Below, one piece after another: positions 14,873 to 28,240 of a stretch of DNA of 64,000 nucleotides. This DNA comes from Tubulanus polymorphus (taxonomy: Eukaryota; Animalia; Nemertea). Under the pieces are notes generated by a model. That model did not search any database. It saw only the letters and a list, made by a program, of their open reading frames with translations, and was not told where the DNA came from. The first letter of the stretch is position 1. Each line of letters opens with the position of its first letter. The stretch is from NCBI RefSeq assembly GCF_964204645.1, contig NC_134028.1:26780345-26844344 (forward strand), given 5' to 3'. A program made the translations under genes and the position numbers.

Positions 14873-15641
14873 ATCCTCAGTCCGGAGGTACAGTAACACC
14901 ACACACTGAAACCTGCTGCTCATTACGTGATTCTAGATTATAATAACACAACACATCTAAGTGTATTGATGCGTTACAGATCGATGTCACCTCGTGGGAA
15001 TATCTCACCTTCGATTCAAGAGTCACAACACGACGCGTCCGACTCCTGAATATGCGTTACCACGGCTCTGTATACAACCAGGGAAGTGTTCCCTGATACA
15101 ACCAACACCAGCCAACTCAATAATGCAAGGTTTACCGCCAAAGTCAGTTACCGGAAAAAGAGCCAATAATTCGATAATGGCGATCAATACAATCGATAAA
15201 ATCAGCGCAGTTTCTTTCTGCGGGAATGGATCGGAAAATATCTCCGCAATCTCTCATGTCAAATGTCTTACGTACATGTTTATCTAGTCAATATCTGTAC
15301 CGCTTCCAGACGATTTTAGATCATAATATCTTAAGCGCATTTCAGTCCGCCAGACCATGAACTAGTAGATAGCCCGTGCAGTAAACTACATGGCAATCGA
15401 CTCTTCTCTCAGACAATGGTTTAAACCTGGAATCCAGGACCCAGGGTGGATTTAATTGGATCCATAACTAGGTTGATTCATTTCTGATGTTTTAAAAACT
15501 TTGTAAAAACTTTGGAACTGGATCCAAAGGGCCAGCGTTTAAAAGTTGGTTAGGATAGCCAGAAGTAGGCACCATTGTAATCATCACTACATTATTTGCC
15601 TACTGTTGACCTTCATTAACCTACTTTTGAGCTACTGCGAT

Positions 15642-15794
15642 CCGAAAACCAGTAACATTCTCCATATAGTCGGGGAATACCCGAAAACCAGTAACATTCT
15701 CCACATAGTCGGGGACACCCGAAAACCAGTAACATTCTCCACATAGTCGGGGACACCCGAAAACCAGTAACATTCTCCACATAGTCGGGGACAC
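15642..15794. repeat. Minisatellite, 38-39-bp unit, 4 copies
   Basis: CCGAAAACCAGTAACATTCTCCACATAGTCGGGGACAC starts at 15642, 15681, 15719 and 15757. Confidence 0.95.
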
Positions 15795-17504
15795 GATTGT
15801 ACCTTTGTTCTTGACGTAAAAAGCAATATAAATTCCCGTTAAATATTCATGAATACTTATCGAATCGCGTTATAACGGTATTCAGCTAATAACCTGATAC
15901 TCGATACTCCTTTCGCTATATGCAAAACAGTCGCAGTTAAATGATTGATGTCTTTGAAATGACGACCTCTCGAAGACCAAGCGATTGATTGAAGACACTC
16001 AAAATGATGATCGTTGACGAGCGTGCAGACCAGTCTCCGCAGACAGACAATGCGTCTACTCTTTTTTTAATTGCATAACGTGTGTGTGACAAGCGGAAGG
16101 GATTGTTGCATGTGCTGCTCATCACAACAGTTCAGTTCAGTTCCTTAAACACTGGGGGAGGGTAACAGAACCACCAAATTTCCAAAAGGTCCGCATTTAA
16201 AAAATGAATGTTCAGAAATTGAACGAGATCTTGGCTTGTCGTATGTCAATAGGCCTACAGGTAGGTACGACTGATAATTACATCCATAGATAGCCTTGAA
16301 TTGCGAGCGTGACGTCACAACACGGTGTTTTAACTTTGGGCGATGTTTCCATCGATAAGGTCTGCATTTCAACTTGACCATAAAATCATCAGTGATGCTA
16401 CAAGTCTGTATCGATTTGACTCTACGATTAAATTTGTACATTTCTTATGTTTAGCTCTGAACTCGCCGATGGAGTAGCATCGAAATGGCTCCAGATTGAT
16501 AAGATTCATTGGAAAATAATTTCAAAACTGGCGATAACTGGGAACCGGCCACGAACTGCGGCGTCCGCGATGGCGATTAACTTTCTGAATTCCCTTTACA
16601 ACTTCGCAAATTATTGCGCTCGATTTTACCTATCATTAATAGATGACAAGGCCACAGTTCTAACGACGAATCGATGATTGATGGAAACGATCTTAACGAT
16701 TCGTCGTTTACTCCCAAATCGGCGATATTAACCGCATAAAAAATGCTATTCGCCGACACTCGGCAAAGATCGAATACTCGATAATGCCTTCTTGTCGAAC
16801 GCCTCGTGAAAAACCTGGTCATAAATTCGCTTTAAGTATTCGTCGCCTCGTAAATAACCCTCCCAAACTGCAATGTGATAAATTAGTCCGCCCAATCTGG
16901 CGGCCATGTCTGGCTCTTCTATAATGGTTACTGGCCTCTCTCAACGACCACTTTAGTGCCCTGTCTGATGTTTGTGATGATATCGATGGCTTGAGAGTTG
17001 TCATTCAGCTTTACTATATGTACGCTATTATTTGAGCAATCTCGAATGTCTCTAATATAACGGAAGTTTGGAATTCCACACACAGACTAATTGCCAATAG
17101 TCAATGTAGAAATCGCCCAAATCGGACCTACTTAGTTTTTTTACGTCAGTTATGTAAACAATCTTAAGAAATGTCTACGTTTTCTATTGCTGAATTGTTT
17201 ATTGCAAAATCATGATTATTTTTGGGCACATTTTCGTAGAAATCGATTTTTGAATGAGTTAAGGATAGTTCGTGTTCAAGTCCATTCATCTGTTTTGCTC
17301 TTTTTCTTAGAATGAAAACTGATGCAACCAGTAAAAGAACGAATCATCTCTACTTAAACTTGTAGCTAGTATTAATATCTTCGATAGCGCAGCAACAGTA
17401 AATTCACTTAGAAACCATCGGTACAATTTTGACGTTTTCGAATTTACCGAACCATAACCGTAGGCGACAAGTAAATACGTTAATTTTGAGTTGTTTCTAA
17501 AAAA

Positions 17505-17616
17505 AACTTTGTTTCTTTTCTATTTATAGTAACACCACGCTCCACTGCAATCAACGCTTATCGATGGATTGAGTCGAAACGGTCGAATGCGAGTCTGAGA
17601 GGAGTTGAAAGCAGTC
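17505..17616 (+). other. Splice acceptor and 5' UTR portion of the first coding exon (implies an upstream non-coding exon)
   Basis: Polypyrimidine tract CTTTGTTTCTTTTCTATTTATAG ends in AG at 17528-17529, 87 nt before the ATG. Confidence 0.6.
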
Positions 17617-18381
17617 ATGACAGGGAATTACCGTAATTACACAGTCTGCCAGACGAACGGTAGCGATACAGGATGTTCCGTGAACAGTACCGCTGGACCT
17701 ATCACAGACCACAGCTGGTCGACCTGGGCTCTAACACTTATAACAGCCATGTATGTCCTAGTCATAGTATGCGCAGTTATTGGTAACGGAAGCGTCTGTT
17801 ATATTGTCCTGGCATTTCGTCGGATGCGAACTGTCACTAATTACTTCATCGTGAATTTAGCGATTAGCGATTTACTAATGGCGGTACTGTGCATACCGTT
17901 CACATTTACGGCTAATGTTGTTTATCAATACTGGCCGTTCGGACACGTCATCTGTTCGTTCATACCGTATTTACAAATAGTAGCCATCTTTCTCAGTAGT
18001 TTCACACTGGTGGCTATCGCGTTAGATCGCTACATCGCCATCTCGTATCCGATGCGACCGAAACTCACCGGTAAACAGGCGTTCGGTATTATAGCCCTGA
18101 TATGGGTAATCTCAACGGGAGTGTCATTGCCAGTTGCCCTAACATCGAAACTAGAAGAAGGTCACTATAATGATAACCAAGTGGACTATTGCGACGAAGC
18201 TTGGAAATATCCCGAACAGAAATATGGTTACAGCATTGCTATAATGGTTCTACAATATTTTCTGCCTTTGTCGTTGTTTATTTTCGCCTATGTGAGAATC
18301 TGCGTGATCATCTGGGTGAAAAAACCCCCCGGCGAAGCTGACGACGATCGTGACCGCCGAATGACTGCATCAAAGCGAAAG
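17617..18381 (+). CDS. Luqin/RYamide receptor-like class A neuropeptide GPCR, coding exon 1 (N-terminus to ICL3, TM1-TM5)
   Basis: First in-frame ATG is at 17617 (the track start 17605 is TTG). N-glycosylation sequons NYT, NGS, NST. Motifs GNxxV, RMRTVTNYFIVNLAISD, WPFG..C, IALDRY, ECL2 Cys (YCDEAW), QYFLPL. ICL3 KPPGEADDDRDRRMTASKRK is typical of RYamide/luqin receptors. Ends at donor AAG|GTGAGT (GT 18382); 765 nt, phase 0. Confidence 0.93.
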
Positions 18382-18407
18382 GTGAGTCGATATCGGTCAA
18401 ACAGGCT

Positions 18408-18482
18408 GCTCCAATTCCGCGGTTGTGAGTTATTTCATTCACAATGAGTCAACTCTTAGCTCAGAACCGTAAAACTGGTTCC
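18408..18482. mobile_element. Degenerate short copy of the same MITE family just inside the receptor intron
   Basis: GCTCCAATTCCGCGGTTGTGAGTT ... AGCTCAGAACCGTAAAACTGGTTCC resembles the family TIRs. Confidence 0.5.
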
Positions 18483-18683
18483 CGGATTTTTCTGAGGTTG
18501 GGAACCACGTTGCAGCGGACGGAAATTGAAAATTAGATAATATTGTGAAGGCATTTCACGCATTTTGAATAACGACAGGGATCAATTCATCAAGTGTTAG
18601 AATAATCTAACCAGGTTTTATCATTAATTTTGTTAAAATAAAGGTGATGGACACCGCCACTGATTCATAGCATTCGTTGGATA

Positions 18684-18771
18684 AGTCAACTCCACCCGAT
18701 ACACCGCCATACTCTCTACACCGCCAAAATCGTTCTGCACCGATGTGGGTGGTTAGTGGGGGTTGACTGTA
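18684..18771. mobile_element. Degenerate Tc1/pogo-like MITE
   Basis: AGTCAACTCCAC ... GTGGGGGTTGACTG followed by TA. Confidence 0.4.
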
Positions 18772-19502
18772 AATCTATCGTCAATTTCACCCACAAAAGT
18801 TATGCATTTTCGGTTGATCTGAGCAGAATATTACGTTAAGAAAGAAAAGAACAAGAGATATGAGAATCATTGATATACATAATCAGATTATCCCCGTACG
18901 GATGAAAGTCGCTTCGCTTTTGTAGCACATTAATCACATAGTTCTCTACGGCAATAGAACATTAGATGCAAACGTGTAACGAAAAGAAGATATCCGTAGA
19001 TAATCGTCTTGTAATTTAACAGCGAGCAGGTGAGGGTAGAATGCTCACACAAACATTGAAGCCTTTGTATTCACGTCCTAAAATATCACTCCTTCTTATG
19101 TCAGAATCCCTAAAGATTATAAAGACGTTGTTCGGGAGAAAGCAAAGATCTTCGCGTTCGTGGCTTAAAATGTAGACAATAAAGACCACGAGTAATGCAG
19201 TGACTAGGGAAATACCCGACATTTAAGATTACAGGCCCGTAAACAGACTTTTGATAATAGTTCTTGATTCTAACTGGGGTATTGTTCTTCCTTTAGCAAA
19301 ACTGTCTACAAAATGGATTGTGCGGGAAATTAAAGTGTGGAGTGGTTTCTTTCTATTGTTTTGGCATAACTTAAACGTTAGGTAATGCATAACACAAGCC
19401 AAGTCGAATCCAAGAACTGCTGCTGCCAGTCCAGCTCACTGCTACATCACTGAGGTAGTTCACGAAATGTGTAAGTTTGTCTAATCGGTATGGGTGAGCT
19501 GC

Positions 19503-19598
19503 GGTGACCAGTCAGGTTTGGTGACTGGTGATCAGTCTTATGTGGTGACTGTTGACCAGTCAGGTTTGGTGACTGGTGATCAGTCTGGTGTGGTGACT
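19503..19598. repeat. Degenerate tandem repeat of GGTGAC/CAGTC motifs (about 49-bp duplication)
   Basis: TGACCAGTCAGGTTTGGTGACTGGTGATCAGTCT occurs twice; related sequence near 37175-37240. Confidence 0.75.
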
Positions 19599-20597
19599 CT
19601 ATTCACTAACATTCTCTGATATGACAAGTGATTATCGGTCAATTCATTCTTCAAGTCTAAGCTAATCACAATAACTTTACCGCTATTCAACTAACAGAAA
19701 ATGATCGTCGATAAAGAGTTGAATGGTGTCGCGAAAGCGTCATTGAAAGGATGCGGGACGAATCTATTCTGAATAATGTTTTCCGCTTTGAGGACACGTC
19801 CTCAGTCGAACGGAAGTTATCTTCGGTATTAAATCAGTGCACGCATTTCCGGCCAGTCGGTGTTCAACGGGCGAAAATGATCGCTTTATAGATATATCGT
19901 CCTGTGTCTGGTCGGTTTTCCTCTGAATGTATCCGATGACACATTCTACACATTCTGATCGGTTGTTGTTTTGTTATTGTTGTGATCTTCCAGTAGTTGA
20001 ACGTGTAGTCGTTAACATTCCACGAGGGTCACCTTTATGAACTCGATCGTGTCGGTCGATCGGGATTTCTTACTTTTCCTAACTAATCGATTGGAAATTC
20101 CCTAAACAGTTTGAGTTCGACTGGTTTTCAGTATTTTGATACTTACCGATCGCGATAATATCGCAGGCTTTCACCGCGCATAAGATGAATTTCAATGAAG
20201 CATTCGCTTCACTTTAACAACAGAGAAAAGAGCAGCAATTTCCACTTTCTAGATCTATTCGATCTACCGACATCTTTTCCTCCTTCGTCTTCGTTCGAAG
20301 ATGAAAACGTGAAACTAAACTAAGTCTGCGGATTCAATAAAGTCATTGTCCGCTAATTGACAAGCGAAAAGAAGCGCACTCGGCTAACCGCGAGGTACGT
20401 ACGATCAATTAGATTTACCCGCCACACGAATAGATCGTCATATACCCAGAGTAATTGTTCATTAACCGACGTAATGAAACTTCAAATGTGATCACAGATA
20501 GACCACGAATCCGTTCTTACCGTAGAAAATTGACTAGCTCCGAATACAAGCTTATAATGCAGGTATCAGTCAACCGCTCTATTCAGCCTGATCCATG

Positions 20598-20946
20598 CAC
20601 CCCTCTGCACCTCAGTCAGGTTCCTACACCCCTCTGCGAAATCCCTGCACCTCAGTCAGGATCCTATACATCCTTCAGCGAGAACCTTGAACCCCAGTCA
20701 GGATCCTACACCCCTCTGCGAAATCCCTGCACCTCAGTCAGGTTCCTACACCCCTCAGCGAGAACCTTGAACCCCAGTCAGGTTCCTACACCCCTCAGCG
20801 AGAACCTTGAACCCCAGTCAGGTTCCTACACCCCTCAGCGAGAACCTTGAACCCCAGTCAGGTTCCTACACCCCTCAGCGAGAACCTTGAACCCCAGTCA
20901 GGATCCTACACCCCTTTGCGAAATCCCTGCACCCCAGTCAGGATCC
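20598..20946. repeat. Minisatellite, about 40-bp unit, 8-9 copies of two unit types
   Basis: CAGTCAGGWTCCTACACCCCTC followed by either AGCGAGAACCTTGAACCC or TGCGAAATCCCTGCACCT. Confidence 0.95.
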
Positions 20947-22889
20947 ATTGGACACATTATGCCTAATCTTCCTGAATAATCGTCCGGAGGAGTTCAGGAA
21001 TTCAGGAAATCTTTATTTGAAAATGAACAATAAAGACATCGTAAAAAAACCTGATCTTCCACAGTTAACGCCATACAACGATATAAATATCTGAAAGGGC
21101 TGGCTCACGACTGCGGATGGATACCATACCTTTTCGCTTTTTTCTTCATAACGAGAAACAGTTTTATAGCCAATCAGGTAAAGTTAATGAATTATGCAAA
21201 AGGCCCTTGTAGCGATCTTGTAGCCGAAGGTAATATTGTTAGCTTTATTGCAATTTTTACATTATCCAGATACCAGGATCAGATGGTTATGCAATTCTAC
21301 GTGTAATAAAACAGCGTTTTATACCACAAACTATAAATTGTTATTTGCGCAACAGGTCGTTGTGTCGTAGACAATACTGCGCTTCTTTTACATAACTTAT
21401 CATCTTCCGATCTGACGCGAAACAACGAAATATATTTAGATATTTATACCGTTCCCTAGATCAAACACGTTTGTTTCCATGTTTCCTCCCGTTTCCACAC
21501 GTCGTGTCTTGAAGTAGAATAACACATATAATAAACCCGGTGTAAAGCATTGGCTCGGGTGCTGGTAACTTTCTCGTGCTAAACGGCGATAAAAAACGAG
21601 GTAATCCGATCATAACTTTCAATGAAGAGTTCCTTTTCGCGACGAATACGTCTCTTTCTGCTTGATTTAGAGTCACTAGTGTGTTACGGGCATCCAGTGG
21701 AAATTTCAAATTAATTTCCCTTTCAGCAGAAATTAATTTAAGTCGGGAGCAAAAAGAAATTAATTCACGTAGGGAAAGTTTTACAACTTAATCCATTTCA
21801 TCGCATCAATTAATAATCAATCTTTGAATATGACTTGATTTCGGATCAAACAATTTTTCAAAATCGATTATGTCTGATTGTATAATGAATTGTATAATAA
21901 AGACCCAAATACCTAAACGAACGTAGCTGCATTTAACAAACAGCACTCCGTACATTGATTTAATTACTATCAATTTGTACTTGTTTTAGAATGAAATCTG
22001 TGAAGTGTAAAATGTTTCTCTTTTTTGACGCCGTTAAAACCGTTACAATAATGTTTGTATACATTGACACATAGTCCGCGTTATTTTGGCCAGTAGTGAC
22101 ACCGGGTCCTGGAATTGTTTTTACAACGAATTATCTCGGAAAAATAAATAAAAAAACGAACGTACAATCTAAATTGTGTGAGTTCGTGAGCGTGTAAGGT
22201 GACCCCGGACCGACTATCGGACCTGCGGTCTATGAGGATATATTGTCTCCTACACATCCGGACAAGTAGTGATTTAGTGAATTCACCGCGAATCATCTCC
22301 GGTGACAGGATATATCTATTTAAACTAGGGAAATCCGCGAGAATAATCAGGTTCGAATCCCTAATTTCTGATTCTGTCTCGTGTTCTGTCTCGTCTTCGT
22401 CATTCTTTATTAAATCTTGAATTAGGGAATGGTTCCTCTTATTCATTTGATCAATTGATGAAAACAGCAGATGCTAACTGATCGACTAGACTCAGCGTGG
22501 TCGCTGTACTGCGTGCGCCGTGTGTCGTATGTAATCATATCCTGATTGAAACGATTGCACTCAACAGGTCAAGACGACTGTCGGTATTTATCCGTCGCTT
22601 TAAGCACTCGCTGATTTGCAATCTACTTCATATAACGACTGTGTTTCGTCTCCTCTGTGATTTGCGAGGTCGTTCGCTGATTGACTTCGATTGAGCGGCG
22701 CGAGTTTCCTCGCTCTCCCTCCTCGCTCAGTTCACTGGGAACCGATGGCTCAATTTTCCAGTCTAGAGTAGATTGGTTGCTCGTGATATTGTTCCTAACG
22801 CGTTGATCAATAGGATCGTTTTACATACACCACACATATCAAAAACATGAGGAAAGCAATAGAGGACAAATAAGAACAAATCACTAAAA

Positions 22890-23050
22890 ACAGCACCAGC
22901 ACCAGCACCAGGTGGCGGCAGCAGCAACAGCAGCGGCGGCGGCGGCGGTGGCAGTAGCAACAGCAACAGCAACAGCAGCGACAGCAGCAGCAGCGGCGGC
23001 GGCGGCAGCGGCAGCAGCAGCAGCGGCAGCAGCAAGGGCTGCTACAGCAA
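22890..23050. repeat. Compound trinucleotide microsatellite (CAG/CGG/CAA)
   Basis: Seen directly. Confidence 0.95.
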
Positions 23051-24839
23051 AATAGCTTAACGAGTAAACTAAAGTTTGGAAGTTTATAGCCGCCTTGAAA
23101 AATAACACATATTGTCGACAATAGATAATATATTATAGATCATATAGTATTATGTAGCCCCCCCCCATATATTGATGACGTATAAGTGCATATCCACTCA
23201 AAAATCTAATAACATTCAACACAATTTGGACAGGTTTATTTCTACGCTTCAAGCTGCAGTTGGTGATTAATATAATCGAATCAATCTTATTACGACTTGT
23301 GAAAACAGCGGCCAGAGTTTTATAGAAAACATCAGATTCCATTAAGAGATTTACTGACGGCTGGAAATTGTTTGAACTGCGTGTAACGACCTAGCGTCCA
23401 CTTATTGGTCATTCCGGCGATATACCCACTCGAGATACGCGTTCAATTCAATATAACCAAACAAGCGCTCAGCAAACAGAAAAGCAAACCTTTTATGGGG
23501 ACGTTTTTAACCTTTGATATTCGACGATGGCCATAGTTTACAAATTGCTCGCTTTTGTTATCGCGAAGATTGAAGTCTTTCTTTTGTCACGTGTTCCGAT
23601 GTTCTGAACATCTCACGCTTAATCGCGAACTACAATTGTTCATCTGTAGCATCTTAGAAATGTCAAGAGACCCGCGTATGGATAACGGTGGAAATTGCCA
23701 CGCTTAACTACAAATGCATCTTTCAGAGAAACATGTATCACCGATCGCAACCACTCGAGCATCTCACGATCATCGCTATAAAATGCCAGCGATTAAAGAA
23801 AAAGGTTTCCTACCGCTGCTGACCTTTATATCTGATAATGTTTGTACAATAAACCACGCCTTCAGACTTCCCAACTTGGACTTTTGCTTCAGTCAGACCA
23901 TGCATTTATAAACTAAATGTAGATGATGATTGATGTCAACATCTTTTGAAGATAAACAGGAACCTCGAATCAGGAAATCAGTAAAGCCCCAATATTGATG
24001 ACGTAGGGCACATCCACTCAAAATCCCAAAAGAGAGACATGAAAAACTATTAGATAGAAAGTGAGAATCATGTAATATCTTTAATTACAAATTGAACTAA
24101 AATTCACAATATTGTGATTGTTATTTTGAAACTGCAATATTGATGACGTAGTGCGCATCGACTCACACAGAACCCTATAAATCATAAAAACATTGTTACA
24201 ATTTTTCACGGTATCAAAAACAAAAAAATACAAACGTCGATCATGAACCCATATGTTTGACGATTTTCTGGACGCGATTCCTACAAGGAAAAACTTATCA
24301 AAAATTTCTATATGCCGCTTACATCATCACATATTAATTCACAATCAAAACGACACGGGTTACAAAACTAAATTGACAGCAGCGACTATATGCTTCCTAC
24401 ATTATTATCCTCCCGCGGCCAAACAACGCATTATCTTTCATCGTGACGACCAGTATTCTAGTTTCATTCTAACATGAAAATATCAGTAGCTGTCGCCGAT
24501 GGAAGTATTGTCAGTGATCCGTCAGTTTGTGACATACCACTTTCACATTCTACAAACAATAATATTGGTACAGTAGACCCTGTGGGCACGGTGCGCGTGT
24601 GTGCCTCGTGAACAAACTCAATATCATTATCTTGTCTATCGTTAATCTCAATCTGCTGTTATCAACACAGCGTTATCGAACGTTGGACAAGAGTCAGCCA
24701 TCTGCAGCTAAGAGGAGAGGAATTCAAAGGACTCCCAAAACCAAGACGTAAATCCATCTCGATAAAATTTGACTGACATCTAGAATCGAAAACCAATATC
24801 CTCCATCTTCATGCTCGGGCTGCTTACTTTTTAGGTGTA

Positions 24840-25082
24840 CAGGATTTAGTTGCATCGCAGTGTGACAGGTCTTGTTGTCAGATTGGTCATAGAGTCAAAA
24901 TGGATAGATTGGTCTTAAGTTGTTATATTGTCTAAAGAACCAAACTGAACTTAGACTGGTCTAAAGTTGTTAGATTTTCCATAGAACCAGAACGAGCAAA
25001 GATTGGTTTAAAGTTGTTTGTTTTTGTTATATGGACCAGATTATACTGGTCTTAAGCATAGTTTCAATGCAACTTGGACCTG
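24840..25082. repeat. Old dispersed repeat family rich in GATTGGTCTTAA motifs (probable decayed MITE)
   Basis: Similar motifs and AACTGGxCC-like ends at 30600-30731, about 33050-33270 and 46730-46831. Confidence 0.4.
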
Positions 25083-25531
25083 GTTAGTACACCATACAGT
25101 GCATGTGGTTCAAAACCAAGAGTACAAAACCTGGAGTAGTTCATGAAAGAAACCAACGTTATCTTAATTCTCATTTGTTTCTGTCATAATTCACCGTACA
25201 ATGACGAATATTTCGATTCGATTTAGAAAGATCGATGCCTCCATTCAAAATCAATTCAATTATGATCCGTTCAGAAATCAGTGAACGGGTCATTAACCTT
25301 TCCAAATAAATCAGGCGACAGGTTTATCTCTCACAAATTGATAGTAGCTATCTGTATCTATGTTCGGCGGATGAAAAGCTGGAGTCCCGAGTGACGGATA
25401 GAGGCTGATTGTGGGAAGATCTTGCGATCCAGGGACCTAAAAACAAGTAGTTAGTGGGTTGTATGGTAATGACGCGGAAGTAAAAGGGAAATAGATTCAT
25501 GAATCTTGTTGATGAGTTGTTTGATGTGAAT

Positions 25532-25698
25532 CTAAGACGAGTTGTCGCTGATAGTGTATTACTAAGACGAGTTGTCGTGATAGTGTATTACTAAGACGAG
25601 TTGTCGCTGATAGTGTATTACTAAGACGAGTTGTCGCTGATAGTGTATTACTAAGACGAGTTGTCGCTGATAGTGTATTACTAAGACGAGTTGTCGCT
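25532..25698. repeat. Minisatellite, 30-bp unit CTAAGACGAGTTGTCGCTGATAGTGTATTA, about 5.6 copies
   Basis: Seen directly; one unit has a 1-bp deletion. Confidence 0.95.
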
Positions 25699-26191
25699 AA
25701 TTTTTTTCTAATTGCTGGAATCAAAGATCATCTTGTATAGACTGAATGTCAGCATTTCCCCTTCGAAATGAGAAAAACTATTGCAAGTTAGAAATTGTGT
25801 TTTGCTTAATTTCAACGCGACTGCTGCTTGAAGGGGAATATTACGTATAATATCCACACGTGTCTCTCACGAGAGCTGAATAAGATTGATGATTGCTTTT
25901 ATGTCGAATAATCCCAGTTCGCATTGTCTGGGATTCGAACCTGATTATATCGCCAGAGAATACGTGTCATTTACGACAAATTATTCATACTAAAATGTTC
26001 ACCGACGATGGCATCTCCTAGGTGAGGGGTTTCGTCCGACCGTCCATCAAATCGATTCTTCTTCTCTTAGGCCAATGAGGTTCATCACCCTTCAGAAACA
26101 GTATTTTGTAAGGAGTGATAAAAAATTTGGACAAAAAGATATTTATGAAATCAGATGTAGACAAGATGAAACCTGTATTTTCTGCAGTTCA

Positions 26192-26312
26192 TGGATCCAG
26201 ATCCTCAGTTGTGAGTTAGAGTTAACTCTCGAGTTGAAATCAGTTCAGTTTCAATGAGTTAACTATGAGGAGTCAAATCTTAACACAGTGGACTGTGAAC
26301 TGTAGAACTGGG
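26192..26312. mobile_element. Copy of the same MITE family (inverted relative to 41665)
   Basis: CAGTTGTGAGTTAGAGTTAACTCTCGAGTTGAAATCAGTTC is the reverse complement of the right half of the 41665 element; ends AACTGTAGAACTGGG. Confidence 0.7.
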
Positions 26313-27735
26313 TGTAGTTAGCTCATATTTCTCCAGAGGCATTTTGCTTCAACACTTAGAAAATCCTTGACTACGAGAATTACCGATAATATCATCCCCT
26401 CATTCGCTTCGCAACTCAAATGTCACACGGTAAGACCTTGGAGTAATTATTAAGTATGTCTCATTTTCTTCACAGTAAGACTCGACCCAATATGAACTAG
26501 GATTGGCGCTAAACATGTAGTAGATAATAAGCCAATTCGAATATAAACACAAAATTGCTCTTATTTTAGTTTCTAGTAGGCGGTGATTTCTATCTACGTG
26601 GGTGAGGAATCTGGAAATAATCGCGCGTTGATTGCACCTCGCAACTGACGACGCCTTCACTTTTTCGCACAATAAAATACATAAGACGTCATATTTCTTC
26701 ACCCACTTGAGGAGATGGTGGTTTTTACAGCGATCAAGATCAGCGATCAGCGCTCTACGATCCCAGTGTTCCCAACTGTGGTAACATCACGTTCACATTA
26801 AAGATTTTGGTGAATACTTTTCCTGCTCCATCTACATTTGTGGTGGTATTTTCCATTATCAGACATCCGGGAACTATTGTAAAAACGTTAGTTGATTAAT
26901 GTTTATTGTTAGTGACTGACTTCGTGACCAAACTGTTTTGTTAACATTGAACTTATCCGATCGTTAGATTTAACCTAAGGCCGATATAGAAAAATTGGAA
27001 AGTGGGCTGTAGAAATTGAAAGGTGAAGGACTAGCAACGGGTGAAACTACGAAGGCCACAGAAAGTTTCGTAGAAAGATGCATTCAGAGAAATTCCGGTG
27101 GAATGAGTGTCAAATTTGCTGATTCTAATGATCTCTTGATAAAAAGGGTAAATTTCATAGAAAAGCATTGACCCAGACCCCATAGATTCACCGTCCCACG
27201 CGTTACCACCACTTTAAACAACCTAGTTCCTGTATGGATAACTACAACTATCCTATTCCTGCAATAAACAATCACCAGCCGTTAGATTAGATTCACAGAA
27301 GCCGAAGAAACATTAAAATAATGTTTGATTTACTCAAGAACGACTGGTGTTCATCAAATTGATGTTTAATATTCGAGATCACGTGTTATTGTTTTAATCA
27401 TCGCACGACAGATTTTTATAGCCGGTATAGAATAATAAACATGTCAACTCGATAGAGGCCTTGATTTTGTGATGAATGTTTATATTTCGGATTTGTGATT
27501 GATTAAAATTAATGTGTTAACGGACGCAAATCGATGCTGGTTTTGTGGTCGACGGTAAAGTTGAAGGAATATTCGCGCTATGAAAGACATGATGAATGAG
27601 TCACGAGGGAACACGCAACCAGACACCGGTCTCTAAAATCCGCCGCATGCGCTCTTTTAGGATTGTTATATGATATTGGATGATTCGTAAGAGGATCAAC
27701 AGTCATCGTGTTTGATCACCAGTAGCTTAAGCCTG

Positions 27736-28240
27736 ATAGACGCGGAGCTCTGTCTTCAAGAGTCGAGAGATCAGTGATATGAGGTTGGGAGGAGTAGTGC
27801 ATGGTTTATAGACGCGGAGCTCTGTCTTCAAGAGTCGAGAGATCAGTGGTTTGGGGTTGGGAGGAGTAGTGCATGGTTTATAGACGCGGAGCTCTGTCTT
27901 CAAGAGTCTAGAGATCAGAGGTTTGAGGTTGGGAGGAGTAGTGCATGGTTTATAGACGCGGAGCTCTGTCTTCAAGAGTCTAGAGATCAGTGGTTTGAGG
28001 TTGGGAGGAGTAGTGCATGGTTTATAGACGCGGAGCTCTGTCTTCAAGAGTCTAGAGATCAGTGGTTTGAGGTTGGGAGGAGTAGTGCATGGTTTATAGA
28101 CGCGGAGCTCTGTCTTCAAGAGTCGAGAGATCAGAGGTTTGAGGTTGCGAGGAGTAGTGCATGGTTTATAGACGCGGAGCTCTGTCTTCAAGAGTCGAGA
28201 GATCAGTGGGTATGAGGTTGGGAGGAGTAGTGCATGGTTT
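27736..28240. repeat. Minisatellite, 72-bp unit, 7 copies
   Basis: ATAGACGCGGAGCTCTGTCTTCAAGAGTC... recurs every 72 bp from 27736. Confidence 0.95.

Noticed and set aside
15642-15794. 38-bp repeats (also the 30-bp and 40-bp arrays) superficially resembling CRISPR
   Set aside because: Units are directly tandem with no unique spacers, there are no cas genes, and the DNA is eukaryotic.
19770-19810. Minus-strand CTGAGGA...GAAA hammerhead-like core
   Set aside because: Stem II is only about 3 weak pairs, and no stem I, stem III or cleavage triplet can be formed.
22763-23121. Poly-Ala, poly-Cys and poly-Leu ORFs
   Set aside because: Translations of a trinucleotide microsatellite.
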